Below are positions 1-12,560 of a stretch of DNA of 64,000 nt, in pieces. The notes beneath the pieces are model-generated. The model searched no databases and was not told the DNA's origin. It worked only from the letters and a program-made list of their open reading frames with translations. The first letter of the stretch is position 1. Every line of letters begins with the position of its first letter. Position numbers and translations under genes: made by a program. Origin of the DNA: Perna viridis. Its lineage: Eukaryota. Where the stretch lies: the NCBI GenBank assembly GCA_037379345.1, contig CM074511.1, positions 21,328,001-21,392,000 of the forward strand. The letters run 5' to 3'.

Positions 1-601
1 TAGCTGAGTTTTGTTAGTAGCTCTGTTTTACATTTTGGCAAGTGTTTATTATTCAAAAATATTCATGAATTCTGTTAAAATGCATCTGACATGAAACACA
101 AATGACAGTCATTTTGTAAGGTTTCATGTGCATTTGGTCCTTCAAATGCCATGCCTTGCATTCTTATTTCAACATAGATGGTATGTGTCTACTAATGAGT
201 TGAATGGCTTAAAAACTGACCTACTGTAGACCATAGTCAATCATTTAAAAAGTATGGAATTAACTGTAATTTTCCTAGCATGTAATAAATTGTTCTCTAT
301 TCTGCAGTATTATTCAGATTTAAATCTTTAGTTTTTAAGTAGTTTGTGGAAATTTTGTTGTTTACTGTTTACAACAGGAAGCTAACATATGATGTAAATC
401 TAATTTTGTGACATTTAGTTAAAAGACCAACCAGTTTGGTGCACTGTACCATACAAAGTACAATAGCTGATGATAAAATGGCTTACTACTCTAGGTTGAC
501 TCCATACTTTTTAAAACCCCTAGACCGTGATCATCCAGCATATAGTATTGTATAGAACACCTTTATGCTGATCACATGCTGGTATATTTCAGGGCACCTA
601 A

Positions 602-687
602 ATGCTTTGGACTTTCATTGCTTTATTCCTGTACCTGGAGATCTTCTTCTCAGCTTTCCTAATAATCCCTTTTATATCTCCATCCAG
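602..687 (+). CDS. BCAP31: BCAP31-like coding exon 1 (TM1)
   Basis: Acceptor tttcag ends 592, ATG 602, MLWTFIALFLYLEIFFSAFLIIPFISPS(R), donor gtacgt 688. A non-coding first exon probably lies upstream of the window. Confidence 0.93.
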
Positions 688-3600
688 GTACGTGGATGAG
701 TGGTAGTACTGTTGAAATAAATAGACTCATTGCAAGTTTTAGTGCATTAACTTACATTTGCAATTGATATTTAATTTTTATACTTTTGGAAAAAATTTGA
801 AGCTGTATGGTATGTTGCTGTCGTTAATGGCATCGTTGTCTGGTGTCCTAATTGATGTCTGGATAAGTGTATGGAGCATATGAAATTTTACAAGGTACCA
901 TACCACTGAAGGAAAGCTGTGATTGATTTTGGGGTTGTGGGGTTTATGAACAAGGGCCCTCTTTGCTTTTGGTCAAATTTTTTTCCTATGTCAAACACGT
1001 AATGGCAATTCAAATTCAGAATTGTATCAAGCTTTAATGGTTTGTTCAAATTCTTGCCCCAACAGTTCAGGGTTTGACCTCTGTGGTTGTATCAAACTGT
1101 GCCTTGCAAAGCATTTTTATTTTTTAATAAATAATTGAATGAAAAATATTTGTTGTAACATTTTTCATACTGAACATGTCAAAAAGTTCTAAAGAAAAAA
1201 ATTAAGAGCATTTTCTATGAAATATGACAATAACAGCTTCTTTGAAGTATGAATTTTTTTTTCTTCAAGACAAAAAGTCAGATCATATTCTTTTCACTTA
1301 GAATTTTAGTCTACTAATATGTTTTAAGGCATTCGTGTAATCAGACAATTAAATAATTAACTCTGAAGGAAAAAACATATGTCAATCATTTCAAGTAAAC
1401 TCTTGCATAAGGTATTAAAATGTTTAAGCTTTAAGACTGTTTGATAATACATATCACTTTCATCATAAAATATTTTGTTTATGAACTGTATAGCTACATG
1501 TATGTCATTGTAGAAATGTTTTGACTGTTGATTTATGATTGCAGATGGCAGAAGATATTCCGATCCAACCTAGTAACAAAACTACAAAGTTATGCACATA
1601 TCTACTTCAATGTGTTTATTTTGATACTATCCTTAGTATTCATCGGTAAGTTAAATTTGAGGTTAAATCTTGTTTGTGTTACTAAATATTGTTATTTTCA
1701 GTCCACTAACAAATTCTGAACTCTCACTAAAATGGATTACTCTTAAAAAAGTTGACACATTTGACAAATTTAGATTTTTTTCTTGAATTACACTTTTCAT
1801 AGATGTTGTATTCAATGAGTAGCCCTGCGCCGAGGGCCTAATCAAGATAATGACAAGGAGAAGTTTTATTCAATTCTGTTTGAAAAATAACAGTATTGAC
1901 ATTTTTTGTCTATTTTAGTATATTACAAAAACTTCTCTCTATCAAAGAAAAATGGGGAAAATGAGCACAAACAAAGAGAAGTTGCTCAATTCTGCCTCTA
2001 GATTAGGCCCTGCCAACCCCCCACACACCATGACCTCCTCCATATGTAACTAGAATGGTTGCATTGTTTTTTATTTTTATTTGTAGAGTCTATCAGAGAA
2101 ATGAGGAAGTACAATAATCCTTTAGATGAAGTAGATTTAAAGAACAATAGAGAATCTGTGTTAGCGGCACAGGTCAAGTTATTCCGAGCTCAGAGAAATT
2201 TCTATATTTGTGGATTTGCTTTGTTTATGTGGTTGTAAGTTTATATGATAAAAAGATTTTTATATTGTTTTCAAGAATAAAATTAAGGATCTGCAGAATT
2301 TAATAAAGTTGTCACAGTAAACTCAATCGAAGGTGTCAATTTACAGGTTATCTTGGAAAATATTTCAATTTCTGATTTGATGTCCTTACCGCTATAACCT
2401 TGGTTCCCTTGATTACTCCATATGAGCAGCAGGTGACTTATTGGGCCTGGTTTGTGTGTGTGTAAATTACTGCCCACTTTAACAAGCACATAACATTTTG
2501 ATGAATATTAAACATAATGTTTTAGAAAAGTTACATTATATTCTGTAAAAATCACATACACATTTACATGGTAGCACTCGCCATTATGTATGAATACAAA
2601 CAATAACAATCGACAATGAATGAAATGTTGTACCTGTCCATGTGTGAACACTGTGACCTTATAATGCAAACAAATATTGCCATATCTACCTTCGTTCTAC
2701 ATAATTCTGATATTGAAGTTTTTGAAAAAGGTGGATTTTCAAGTGTTCGAACAGTATAATTTTGTGGAATTTCTGATATTACTTTTCTATGGAAAACTTT
2801 TGGGCAGTTTACACTTATTTTATAAACTCCCTCATGGTCCATGAAATGTAAACTGCCCCAAAGTTGGTTATTTTGCAGAAGCTAGTCAAATATTAAAAAC
2901 AATCCTTAATCCAACACTTGTTTATTTTGATTAACTACATTTATGTATGTTTGCTTTGTAGTATTCTGAAGCGTCTGGTCACCCAGACATCAAGACAAGC
3001 TTTGTTGGAAGCTGAGTGTGAAGCCAGTCAGAAACAGGCCAAACAAGCCAATGCTGCTGCACAACAATTGTTAGATCAGGCTGATAATACGTCTAATAAG
3101 GTTTGGAAAATTTAAAATCAGCAGATAAATGTATAGTGTTGACATATTTGGAGGTATCAGTCATAGATTGATGGTCAGAAATTGAGTTTACTGGCAACAC
3201 CTCAGTTAAGATCATCAAGATGCCAACAATTTTTCCATTATCTGCATTTTAGTAAAAAACTGTCAAGTATATCTGAAATGACAGTTGGAAATTTTAGACA
3301 TAGTGTTTGCAGAGGAGTAAAAATTATGGGTGTCACGCATTGAATACATGCCTTGAAATTTACAGTGTCATCCAATGATGCTGGATGTTACAATAGATGT
3401 TGCATAAGAATTCAATATAACTTTGGAAGATATAGAATGCCATGTCTTTTTTGTTTGATAGTGACTTTATTGCTGTTTACATCAAATAGGCCTACCAACT
3501 AAATAACACATAATGATATTGATAAACTGCATAAACAGTTACTTATACAGTGTTAATTATGGTAAAACATTGGCAACATGGAACTAAGTTATTTGCTGAA

Positions 3601-6600
3601 ATGTAGATACTGTCCAAGCTAAAGGCATGGTATTATTAGTGTTGAGACCAATAAATAATTCCCAAGGTTTGTTGTAATAAACTGCAAAATGAACTTAGTT
3701 AAAACTTTAAATAAAGCTTAGCTAATTTCTATATTTTACATGGGGAAGCATCTGTTCTTTTACATTCTAGTCTATTGTGCCAAAACATCAGAAATTTTTG
3801 TGTATGTGATGTGAAAGTTGTCAGACAGACTTCACGAACTGTGGCAAAATATAAATGTACAATTCATAAAATAAGTGTCTTGAAACTGGTTATAAATGAT
3901 GAACTACCAGCATTAAATGTACATTTATTTTGACATATTAATGTAAATATGTTTAAATTTACTTGTTCATACATTGTAGAAAAGAGAAGACCAAACTGAA
4001 GAAGAGAAAAGTACTGCACAACAACTTGACAAAACAAAGGAAGACCTGGTCAAAACTAAAATGGGTATGCCTCTTTTTTTAATCTGTATTTTCTATATAA
4101 ACAGGGATGATTTTATTCCACATTTTAGTAGAATTCCTATAATTTAAATCCGGTTTTACTGTTACGATTCTTTTTTTTACTGTTTATTTATTTCCCATTT
4201 TACCAATTTCTGCTTTGTATGATGACCTTGTAAAATAATCTCTGATATAACAAAAAGAAAAAGATTAACACCAATTTTGGATATTAAGGATATTTGTTAT
4301 CAGTACATTCAAACTTAAATCACATTCTTATGATCTGATGCTTTCATTATCTGGCAGCCTCATAGTTTAGTAAACACTATTAGGTTTTTGCGTACTGACT
4401 TTAGGGCCTTGAATGAAAAGTATGACAGTATTATTGAAGGTCTAGACAAAAATATCCCAAAATTTCACATTTAACCCTGTTAAACTAGTTCCAATTTCAG
4501 TAATAATTCCAGTCTCTGCTACTAAAATTGGTATTTTTCTGTATAAAGCAACTTTTAAAAACAAAATTTTATTCCTTGACATACTTTTGGTACTTTTATG
4601 TATTTGGACTTTTGACTATACAATAAAAAACTTTAAGTATTTTACAAGACTTACAACTACATGTACATTAAATGTTCTATTATTTTAGAACTGAAGAAAG
4701 CATTAAATGATTTAGATGCCTTACGTAAGCAAGCAGAAGGAACAAATAGAGAGTACGATAGATTACTGAAAGAACATTCTAAACTACAGGTAAACTGAAA
4801 TGAGCGTTTAACTATTAAACTGGTGTATGTTAAACATGAGTGATAGACATAGTTACAAACTACCAGCAGCCTTTCTTGAAGGGCATATTAACAACCATTT
4901 TTTCTTGTTCTTGAAATAAGCAAATATAAATAACTTGCAAAAAAAAAAAGTGTGTGTTGAATGTCAAGTGAACAATTTTAACTGTGTGGGTCCAAATATA
5001 TTTCAATTACTTCATTAGTAGTAATTTTGTTACCCTTTTATTGCAGCCGAATATCGGCTGTTTCCCCTGGAGACTTTTCCCAAAATGTTGGGAAATATTT
5101 TTCTTAAAGGAGGAAAATTGCCAAATTTTAGGCACAATTTTTGGAAAACCAGGTAAAGAAGCCAGTGAAATGTCCCTCGAGATATGATTTCTTGGCCCAG
5201 TACTTTGTTTACATCTGGGTATTATTTGTTTTTTTGGCAAGTTGTAACCTAATGAATACTGGAAATACATATTTGTCAGTTCGGTTTCGGTTTTCAGTTC
5301 TGGATTGGCCAATTTCCCAATTATAAAGGGTTGGGGGCTACTTATTAAACAAGGAACAAAATCACTGATTATAGTTTTAACACTGACAGTTACCTGTAGA
5401 GTCAACTATTATGAAGACTATTTCATATAAATGTGAATTATACTCTGATAAACCACTAACTTCACTATAAAACGTGTAAAACTAACTGAATTTTATATTG
5501 AATCCTGAATTAAATTAATAGAGGTAGAAAGATTAAACTTAGTGGACTCTGTAAAGCGAATATGTTTGCCAGTTTTAAAAATGCACACATTTTTACAGAG
5601 AAAAAATTTCCAGAGCATGGGGATGGGTATTATGCATCAGTAGATAAGAATTGGCTATGAAATGCAAGATTTTCGTATGTGAAAAAAAAGAGATTGGGTA
5701 ATGTAAACAACAGAAGTGAAATGTTACTGAAAGAAAGTTTATCTAATCATTAAATACATCTTTAAGTATTGAATTTTAAATAATATTTTCTTCAAATCAT
5801 GTTTTTATGTCTTAATAACATGTTTAAGACAAAGGTTAAAACACGGTTAAAGATTTAATGAAACAACTAAAAACTGAAAACTAACAAAGTCCTTTTTTGT
5901 CAAACCCTCTTATTAAATGCTTTAGAAGCTGGAAATGAGTATTTTAAAACTTATTCTGATTATTTCTTACAATTTTAAAATAAAAAATCACAAAATTTGA
6001 GTTACAACCAAAACCATGAATGTACGATTTTCCCCAACTTTTGATTTTGTTTTATTAGCCATTTCATACATCCTGTGGCAATTTTATCATGCTTCCAAAT
6101 TAAAAGTTATCAAATTTATGTAGCTACTGATATTTATATGATGTTTTAGTGTAAATATAAGTTTTTTTCCTTCACATTTTTGTTGGAAATACTCACCTCA
6201 CCTATTCTCTTTGTCCTCGGTGGGACATAAGGCCGCAACAAGTTCCCTCCATTTCCTTCTGTCCTTCGCCACGTGTTGTGCTTGTCCCAGGCTGTATCCA
6301 ATATCTTTAAGCTCAGCTAGGACTATCCCCAGGTGGTGCAGAGTCTGCCAGGTTTTCTTTTCCCAGGTGTTGTCCATTGTAGGGCAACTTTTGGCAGGTG
6401 TTCATTTGGCATCTGTAACACGTGGTCCAGGCATCTGAAGCACCTCTTTTTTAGTTCAGTTGCAATTGATTGGCAATTGCACTTCTTCACCAATTCATCG
6501 ATACTAATTTTCTCTGGCCAAATATTCCTTGGATTCTCTTCAGGCAATTGTTTTGGAATACTTCCAACTTCTGTATATTACAGTTGGAAATACTGTATCA

Positions 6601-7102
6601 AAGTAAATAAATTGACAGATCAAGTGCAAAAGATTGATCTTTTGTCTTACAAAATTCTACTGCAATCTATGCCTAAAAAACTTTTTTTTACATATTTTTA
6701 CCTTCAAAATTGCACTGCGTACAATACATAAATGTGTATTATACACACCAAAATATTGTAGTGTTTCATTTTTGTGAGAAAAAAAAAACTATTTTGTGGG
6801 TACCAGTTTTTCTTCTTACATGGTGAAAATAGAAGCAAACAGTAATCCATGACAATTTATAATAGGCATACAATATTGCATTAAAGCATTTAATTTTACT
6901 TCCCTTGTGAACTACTTACATGTCTGCAAGAAGTCCTTGTGTTGAAATCAAATGTTATTAATGGAAGTCAACAAAGGGAATACACGTAAAAGTTTCGGCT
7001 CATTCACTTGTTATCTTTTTCTTTGCCAGGATTTCATGTATATTTTTGTTTTATTTCTTTTAACAGGAAGCATCTGGTGAAACAAGTAGTAAGAAGGAAT
7101 AA
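602..7102 (+). CDS. BCAP31: B-cell receptor-associated protein 31/29 family (BAP31), complete spliced CDS join(602..687,1545..1645,2087..2234,2962..3100,3980..4064,4689..4789,7067..7102), 231 aa
   Basis: Seven GT-AG exons with matching phases give MLWTFIALFLYLEIFFSAFLIIPFISPSRWQKIFRSNLV...KLFRAQRNFYICGFALFMWFILKRLVT...ALRKQAEGTNREYDRLLKEHSKLQEASGETSSKKE*. PFISPxRWQKIF, KLFRAQRN and EYDRLL are hallmark BAP31/29 motifs; 3 TM helices plus a C-terminal coiled coil. Confidence 0.96.
1545..1645 (+). CDS. BCAP31: BCAP31-like coding exon 2 (TM2)
   Basis: ttgcag|A TGG CAG AAG...; WQKIFRSNLVTKLQSYAHIYFNVFILILSLVFI; donor gtaagt. Confidence 0.95.
2087..2234 (+). CDS. BCAP31: BCAP31-like coding exon 3 (TM3)
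   Basis: ttgtag| (E)SIREMRKYNNPLDEVDLKNNRESVLAAQVKLFRAQRNFYICGFALFMW |gtaagt. Confidence 0.95.
2962..3100 (+). CDS. BCAP31: BCAP31-like coding exon 4
   Basis: ttgtag| ILKRLVTQTSRQALLEAECEASQKQAKQANAAAQQLLDQADNTSNK |gtttgg. Confidence 0.93.
3980..4064 (+). CDS. BCAP31: BCAP31-like coding exon 5 (coiled coil)
   Basis: ttgtag| KREDQTEEEKSTAQQLDKTKEDLVKTKM |gtatgc; phases 0/1 fit the neighbours. Confidence 0.9.
4689..4789 (+). CDS. BCAP31: BCAP31-like coding exon 6 (coiled coil / vDED region)
   Basis: ttttag| (E)LKKALNDLDALRKQAEGTNREYDRLLKEHSKLQ |gtaaac. Confidence 0.94.
5752..6760. repeat. dispersed AT-rich non-autonomous element, copy 1 (interrupted by the RTE fragment)
   Basis: Colinear similarity with 28861-29475 (acatctttaa.tattgaatttt...ttcttcaaatcatgtt...gatcaagtgcaaaa...atacacaccaaaata). 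Confidence 0.8.
6194..6582 (-). mobile_element. 5'-truncated RTE-clade LINE fragment with 12-bp TSD
   Basis: Minus strand gives IWPEKISIDEL...LDHVLQMPNEHLPKVALQWTTPGKRKPGR (RTE C-terminal signature); (AGGTG)n-type tail; flanked by GTTGGAAATACT at 6182-6193 and 6583-6594. Confidence 0.85.
7067..7102 (+). CDS. BCAP31: BCAP31-like terminal coding exon
   Basis: Long polypyrimidine tract + taacag| EASGETSSKKE TAA; AT-rich 3'UTR follows, with AATAAA at e.g. 8235. Confidence 0.85.
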   Translation, partial: EASGETSSKKE

Positions 7103-7231
7103 AAATGATGTCAGAGAGATACATTTCTGAATTTTCAATTGAAACATAGAGAAGGATTTACATTGTTCATTATTTATTACTAACAGTGTTCTGTTGCTTG
7201 ATACTTCACTGATATAGCATACTCAATAGTA

Positions 7232-7634
7232 TTAAGTAGTACTCAAGCTAAGAATCATGCAAAATGTGATACATGGATGTAAAGCCTACATATTTTTATA
7301 TTTTATATTTTGTTTAAAATGTTATAGTAAACAGAAATTAATGGATTGATATTCATTTAACCCTTGGTCTATGGAGATATAAATTATATTGAATGTATTA
7401 AAAAATTCAAAATTAAGGGAGATGACTGTAAATGACACTGAAATACAACAGGAACTATTGGATTTTAGATGTGAGGTATCTCCTAGGAACAGAGAGATAT
7501 GAATGAATACTTATACGTTTCATAAAATAGACCCATAAAGCAGCATAATAACAAAAATAAAAATTGTCTAGCCTTTTTTGGTGTGTATCACATATTACAG
7601 AATTTGCCTGATTCTTACAGAGACTGCTACTTAA
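7232..7634. mobile_element. ~400-bp TTAA-flanked MITE (copy 1, in the BCAP31 3'UTR)
   Basis: TTAA-GTAG...CTAC-TTAA ends with imperfect subterminal inverted repeats (aagaatcatgcaaaat..gtgatac / gtatcac..atttgcctgattctt); second copy at 20227-20627. Confidence 0.85.
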
Positions 7635-7852
7635 CTTTTTTGACACATTCTTGTTTGATATGTCTTTAAATTTTCTCACCATGGATGACAACTCAGAAGA
7701 TATAGCATTTTATATTTATTTTTTCAGTGTGCTTAAAATGTTGTGTTATGAATCTGGTGGTGAATTTATTTATGTATGGTATTACAATTGTATTTATTAA
7801 TGACTTGTATTCGTGCAATACCACTATTTACAGAAACAGCTATTAGTCACTA

Positions 7853-7916
7853 GTTAATGTAATAGGAGGAATTTGAAATACAGTGTTAATGTAATAGGAG
7901 GAATTTGAAATACAGT
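7853..7916. repeat. perfect 32-bp tandem duplication
   Basis: GTTAATGTAATAGGAGGAATTTGAAATACAGT x2. Confidence 0.95.
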
Positions 7917-9939
7917 ATACTGTTTTTAAAGACATAGTTTTGTATTAATCATGTCTCACAGTGTATAATTATGACAATTTCTTTCTCTATTCTGTTAAGT
8001 ACTCAATATGATGCTGTGCTACTCTGACAGAGTTTGTCATCATTTGAGATTTAATCCTGTCATTGATGTGTATTACACTGTATGTAGTTGTGGTTCAGTG
8101 CTATTTTTCATACAACTTCAAATCATGTGTGGTTGTATAATTTGATCTAATGTCTTAATTAATAGATATTTATTTTCCAAACAATTACTTGAGTACTGGA
8201 TCTCTATGAAATCACAACAGCTTGAAATCATATCAATAAATGCTGTACATAGCCTAAAAATATGTGTTCACTATCAGAAGGAGCTTCTTTTGAAGTCTTT
8301 TTCATATTGAATACATTTGTAAACAGAGCATTAACTGATTAGATTTCAAGCTCCTATGATGAAATTATACAATGAGGTTCTATACCATAAAAGGAAGGTC
8401 GGAATTGATTTGAAAAAGGAATCAAGACAGGCATTTGATAAAAATTTGTATAATTTCTTAGCCAGTTTGAATGAAGTTTGATTAAAAGTCTAAGGGTTCT
8501 TTGATATGCTGAAACTAACTCTTGTGTATCTAGATTTTTTTTCAATAATCAATTTAGTCCAAATCCAAAATTAAAAAGATTGATTTCATAAAAAAAAAAA
8601 CAAAAAAAAAACATTTTGGTTCTTTTAAAATGTGTGGAACCAAATCCTGTAATTTATGTGTTTTGAGCTTCATTTCTTAATTCATCAACATCAAGATCTA
8701 AATGGTCCAAATAAATTTTAATAAACACTTATTCAGTGCCTGAAATACTTCAGGGAGAAACATATTCTGTCTTATCCAACTTAATTGTTCGTATCAAGGT
8801 GGGCTCCATAAAACATTAATTTTTTTAGGATGATAGTAAAACAAAGTTCTATAAAGTGCACAGTATTTTTGTTTTACTGCCTTATTCCTGTAAATTTTAT
8901 GTATTTGATTGGACTACTACTCATTTTTCCAATAGCATCTGCAGTTTGTTTATGAATCTTGTAGCTGGTTAATTTGACAATAAATTTATAACATCACATC
9001 TTATCTTTTTATACACAATTATGAACGAGAAAACAATTCGACTACTTATTTAAAATTTTCTGTGGAATGCCATCCTTCAAGGGAACCTTATTTATTTGCA
9101 ATGTCACTTTAATGCAGTGGATTACCATGGTTAGACCCAAATCAAATACAATTCAAACAGAGAATATGAAATCGTATGCATCCATGGGGTTTTAAGAACC
9201 TGTCATATCAGATACACACATTGATTCTTAAATATATTATTAATGTATTTCAGATTTTCCTAATGTCAAGTAACAAGTTCAAATTTCTGAAAGTCATCTT
9301 ATAAATAGAGGTATTGTGAAAAAAATATGACTTAACTGTTTATGTTTGTTCACTTCCTAGTTAGAACAATCTTTGTTAGTAGGGAAAAAAGGAATAAACC
9401 AATTTATGAGTTATATTTTATATATGTTTCATATTGATTAAATCATGTGAACATGTTCAGTGCTGCTAACAAAGCTTATGTTGACAGAGGACATTACAGC
9501 ATGTGTTGAACATATGTTTTGAAAAATGCTTGAAAATTTAATGTTAAACTTAAAGTTTAAATGAACACCAAAAAATAATTCAGTCAAATCATGGTATCAT
9601 GCTGTTGTTGTCCTTGCAGTCTGTGGCTGCTTTGTTGTTCTCTGTAGACATTTCACTGAATTTAAATTGTATGGATCATTTTGAAATGTACAATGTGCCA
9701 TACCAAAAAAGAAGGCTAGAACTGAATTTCAGGTATTTGGTAAAATGTCCTACATTTAATACAAAATTCAGAGCTGTATCTAGCTAAAATGGTGTGGAAA
9801 TACTAGGTCTTGTTATAAGTCTCATTCAGCATTCATTCTTTATCCTGAAACTCCACAGTTGAAGGGTAGGAAAACACAGTCGATCTTGTATTCAGTTTTC
9901 TACTTTTGGTAACATCAACAAAAATACTTGTAGTGTTAA

Positions 9940-10017
9940 GCTCAAATTTTGATCATCGTATTTACATGTAATGGTTATGCTCAAATTTTTATCATCGTAT
10001 TTACATGTAATGGTTAT
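9940..10017. repeat. 39-bp tandem duplication (1 mismatch)
   Basis: GCTCAAATTTT(G/T)ATCATCGTATTTACATGTAATGGTTAT x2. Confidence 0.95.
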
Positions 10018-10038
10018 GGTTGACATATTGTAGTCGAG

Positions 10039-10658
10039 ATCAAAAGCCCCCAGATAAAAGCCCCCCTCCCCCAGACAAAAGCCCCCGTGAGAAATTAATT
10101 AATCAATTATGAAAAATATCTCTATCAGTACTGGAAGTGTCAAATTTGAAATTTAATATCTAAATTGTTAACATTTTAACTTTTTGTTTCTTTTTACATG
10201 TAAGACAATATTTTATCAATGAAATGATAACAGTTATCAAATATACACTTTTTAAAAAGAAAATATAACTAAAAAGCAGTCATTTTGTTTTCTTTTTAAA
10301 AAGTGTATTTTCTTATTTCATTGATGAAATTTCAAATGATTCTGGTAATAAGAAATACAATATCAAATATAAATTGAGTATACCCTTGAAAAAACATACA
10401 CAGAAATTGACGCATTTTAATTCAAACAAAAACTTCCTAATTACACTAAACAGAATTAAAAATTACACAAAAAAAAAGACAAGCACAAATAAAATGCAAT
10501 ACCAATATAAAAGGAACAGTCACAACCAAAGAAAAATAAAAAAAATACACCAAAAAGAAAACAAAGAAACAAAAAAAATGATATTTTTTACATTAACATT
10601 ATGCTTATTATAAGTTGGTGGCTTTTGTCCGGGGTGGGGGGCTTATGTCCTAGAGCCC
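10039..10658. mobile_element. MITE/foldback-type element with repeated GACAAAAGCCCC subterminal motifs
   Basis: Left (ga.aaaagccccc)x3; right ggcttttgtcc / gggggcttatgtcc in inverted orientation; AT-rich interior. Confidence 0.65.
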
Positions 10659-11085
10659 TGGAGTCGTTACTCTATAAATAACTACTTTCTATGGTTTTGA
10701 GTGAGAGTTGGGCCTATTGTCTTGGATTTTCCGGTTCCCGTGACAAGACGTACAAGCCTTTTCGGGTTTCAACCTTTGTGGTTGTATCAACCTGTGCCAT
10801 GCCAAGCATTTTATTATGAATTGTATTGATAAGTAATACAAGAAAACGATATCACTAAAGACACTAAATCATTCGTATCAGGCTCTGTTATCTGGATTAT
10901 TTTGTGCTTACAATGAAAAAAAGTTTGATGTTATTTATTCGATGCATAGAGGCTTGCTCCCACTATCAAATATGAAGCCCAGCTAGCATATAAACACGAA
11001 TGTGCGTCCGTTTGAAATCACTATTTGGAACTCTTCTGGAACTGCTGAATGTGAATTCATTTAAACTTGCAAACATTCTTTGTCA

Positions 11086-11230
11086 CAGGGGCTGACTCGG
11101 ACACTTTGAAAAGGGGGTGCTGGGATATCATTTGCCATTTTTTGTCAATTATACACATGAAAATGACAAATTTACCAATAAAAATGGGGTGGGAACACCC
11201 TGGACCCCCTCCTTTCTGGATCCGCCTCTG
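11086..11230. mobile_element. small MITE of the CAG(G/T)GGCGGATCCAG TIR type
   Basis: caggggctgactcgg ... ctggatccgcctctg; related degenerate copies at about 15246-15438, 60416-60602 and 48040-48141. Confidence 0.6.
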
Positions 11231-11491
11231 CGTCAGATGATGCTATTGTACACCTCGTACTTTGCATGCATTTTCCTTCTGAATGACTTCTGGTTTACTT
11301 ATATGATTTATAGGCAAAGAAGCGGGCATCACCTAGTCAGCTTTGTGCTCTCGCTCTATTAAAATGTGTACAAATTAACTGTAGATCATAATGTTATCTT
11401 TGACGTCGGTTAACTTACGTGTATTTAAATGACATTTTGAAATTTTAACAGTGTTCCTAGTTCTTATTGAATAATAAATATTCTCTTCTGT

Positions 11492-11580
11492 TTCAGTTCA
11501 GTTTTGTATTGTATTGTATTGTTTTGTTATGTTTTGTTTGTTTGTGTTTGCTTTTGTTTTTGTTTGCTTTGTTTTTGTCA
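11492..11580. repeat. low-complexity (TTTG/TTGTA)n microsatellite
   Basis: gttttgtattgtattgtattgttttgttatgttttgtttgtttg... Confidence 0.8.
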
Positions 11581-11914
11581 TGTGTTGCTCCCGGGTGGAT
11601 GGCATATGCTCTGAAAATCTTGTGGTTTAAAACTCTGATCATGGGTGAAAACACAGACTTCCTATTTGCCAAATAACTAATTTTGTCGAGGATGCGCTTG
11701 GCATGGTTCGATGCACTGCAATCTTGACACATTACATTTATTCATTCACACACATATATAAATTGTATTACCATGAATGATTAATAAAATTCGGGTAATT
11801 CTACATACAAACACAGTATGTTCGACAAGCGTGAAATCCTAGCGAATCACAACTTGGATATTCCTGCAAGTAAGAAGTCTTACCCTTTTGCACTGGAATT
11901 CGAAATCTTAGGAA

Positions 11915-12055
11915 AGAGTAATCAAGGGAACCAAGGTTATAGCGGTAATCAAAAGAATCTAACTCAGGGACAAAGACCAGACATGTAAAACCGACATACA
12001 CAACAAAGAACATAAAGTAACTAAAATCATACATACAAAGTAACAAAAGCAAATG
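11915..12055 (-). mobile_element. short 3'-end retroelement insertion (family with 25309-25489, 49125-49300, 21990-22137), 10-bp TSD
   Basis: Starts agagtaatcaagggaaccaaggttatagcgg on +; flanked by ATCTTAGGAA at 11905-11914 and 12056-12065. Confidence 0.8.
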
Positions 12056-12388
12056 ATCTTAGGAACTTAGAAGAATCATCTACTTGTTCAATAAATAAGT
12101 TATCTGTACGACAGGCCAAGATTTTTTGTCCGCAAGCTAAGAAGAAACAACAATGTTTACTCGTATACTGGTATTAATCATATATGGATTCTGAAAAAAA
12201 AAAACTCTTTTAGATAATTTTAATCTCGTCCCTTTGCTGAAGTTAATTCAATGAAAACTTTTCAATTTTATACTACCTTTTTCTGCAATAAATTGGAAAT
12301 CAGACAGTGAAAAATCATTCACAAAGCATTAAAACTGCAAGAATTGTAATTCTTACAAATTTGTTGTTCCATACATTTTACCTCTATA

Positions 12389-12560
12389 GCACAGAAAGAC
12401 GAAAGCTACTATACCAAGCAACAGTTGATCAGTATGTTAAAGTTTCTCTTTGACAACATATTATTCACTTTTGGAGGGACACTTTTTCTGCATTCCAATG
12501 GGCACTATTCGTGTCCCTCTCCTAGCCGATTTGTTTCTTTATTCATGTAAATCAGGTTTT
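12389..12560 (+). mobile_element. Penelope-like (Naiad-type) reverse transcriptase fragment
   Basis: YYTKQQLISMLKFLFDNILFTFGGTLF / CIPMGTIRVPLLADLFLYS with one frameshift; matches the PLE RT motif MLEFLIDNIFV.FGG..FQQ..GIPMGTNCAPLLADLFLYSYE. Confidence 0.8.

Noticed and set aside
11620-11660. Possible hammerhead ribozyme (ctgatcatgggtgaaaac)
   Set aside because: The core is CTGATCA rather than CTGANGA, and convincing stems are missing.
11801-12052. Hydrophobic small ORFs here and at 25269-25599 as a membrane peptide family
   Set aside because: They derive from a TSD-flanked T-rich repeat, and the frames are not maintained between copies.
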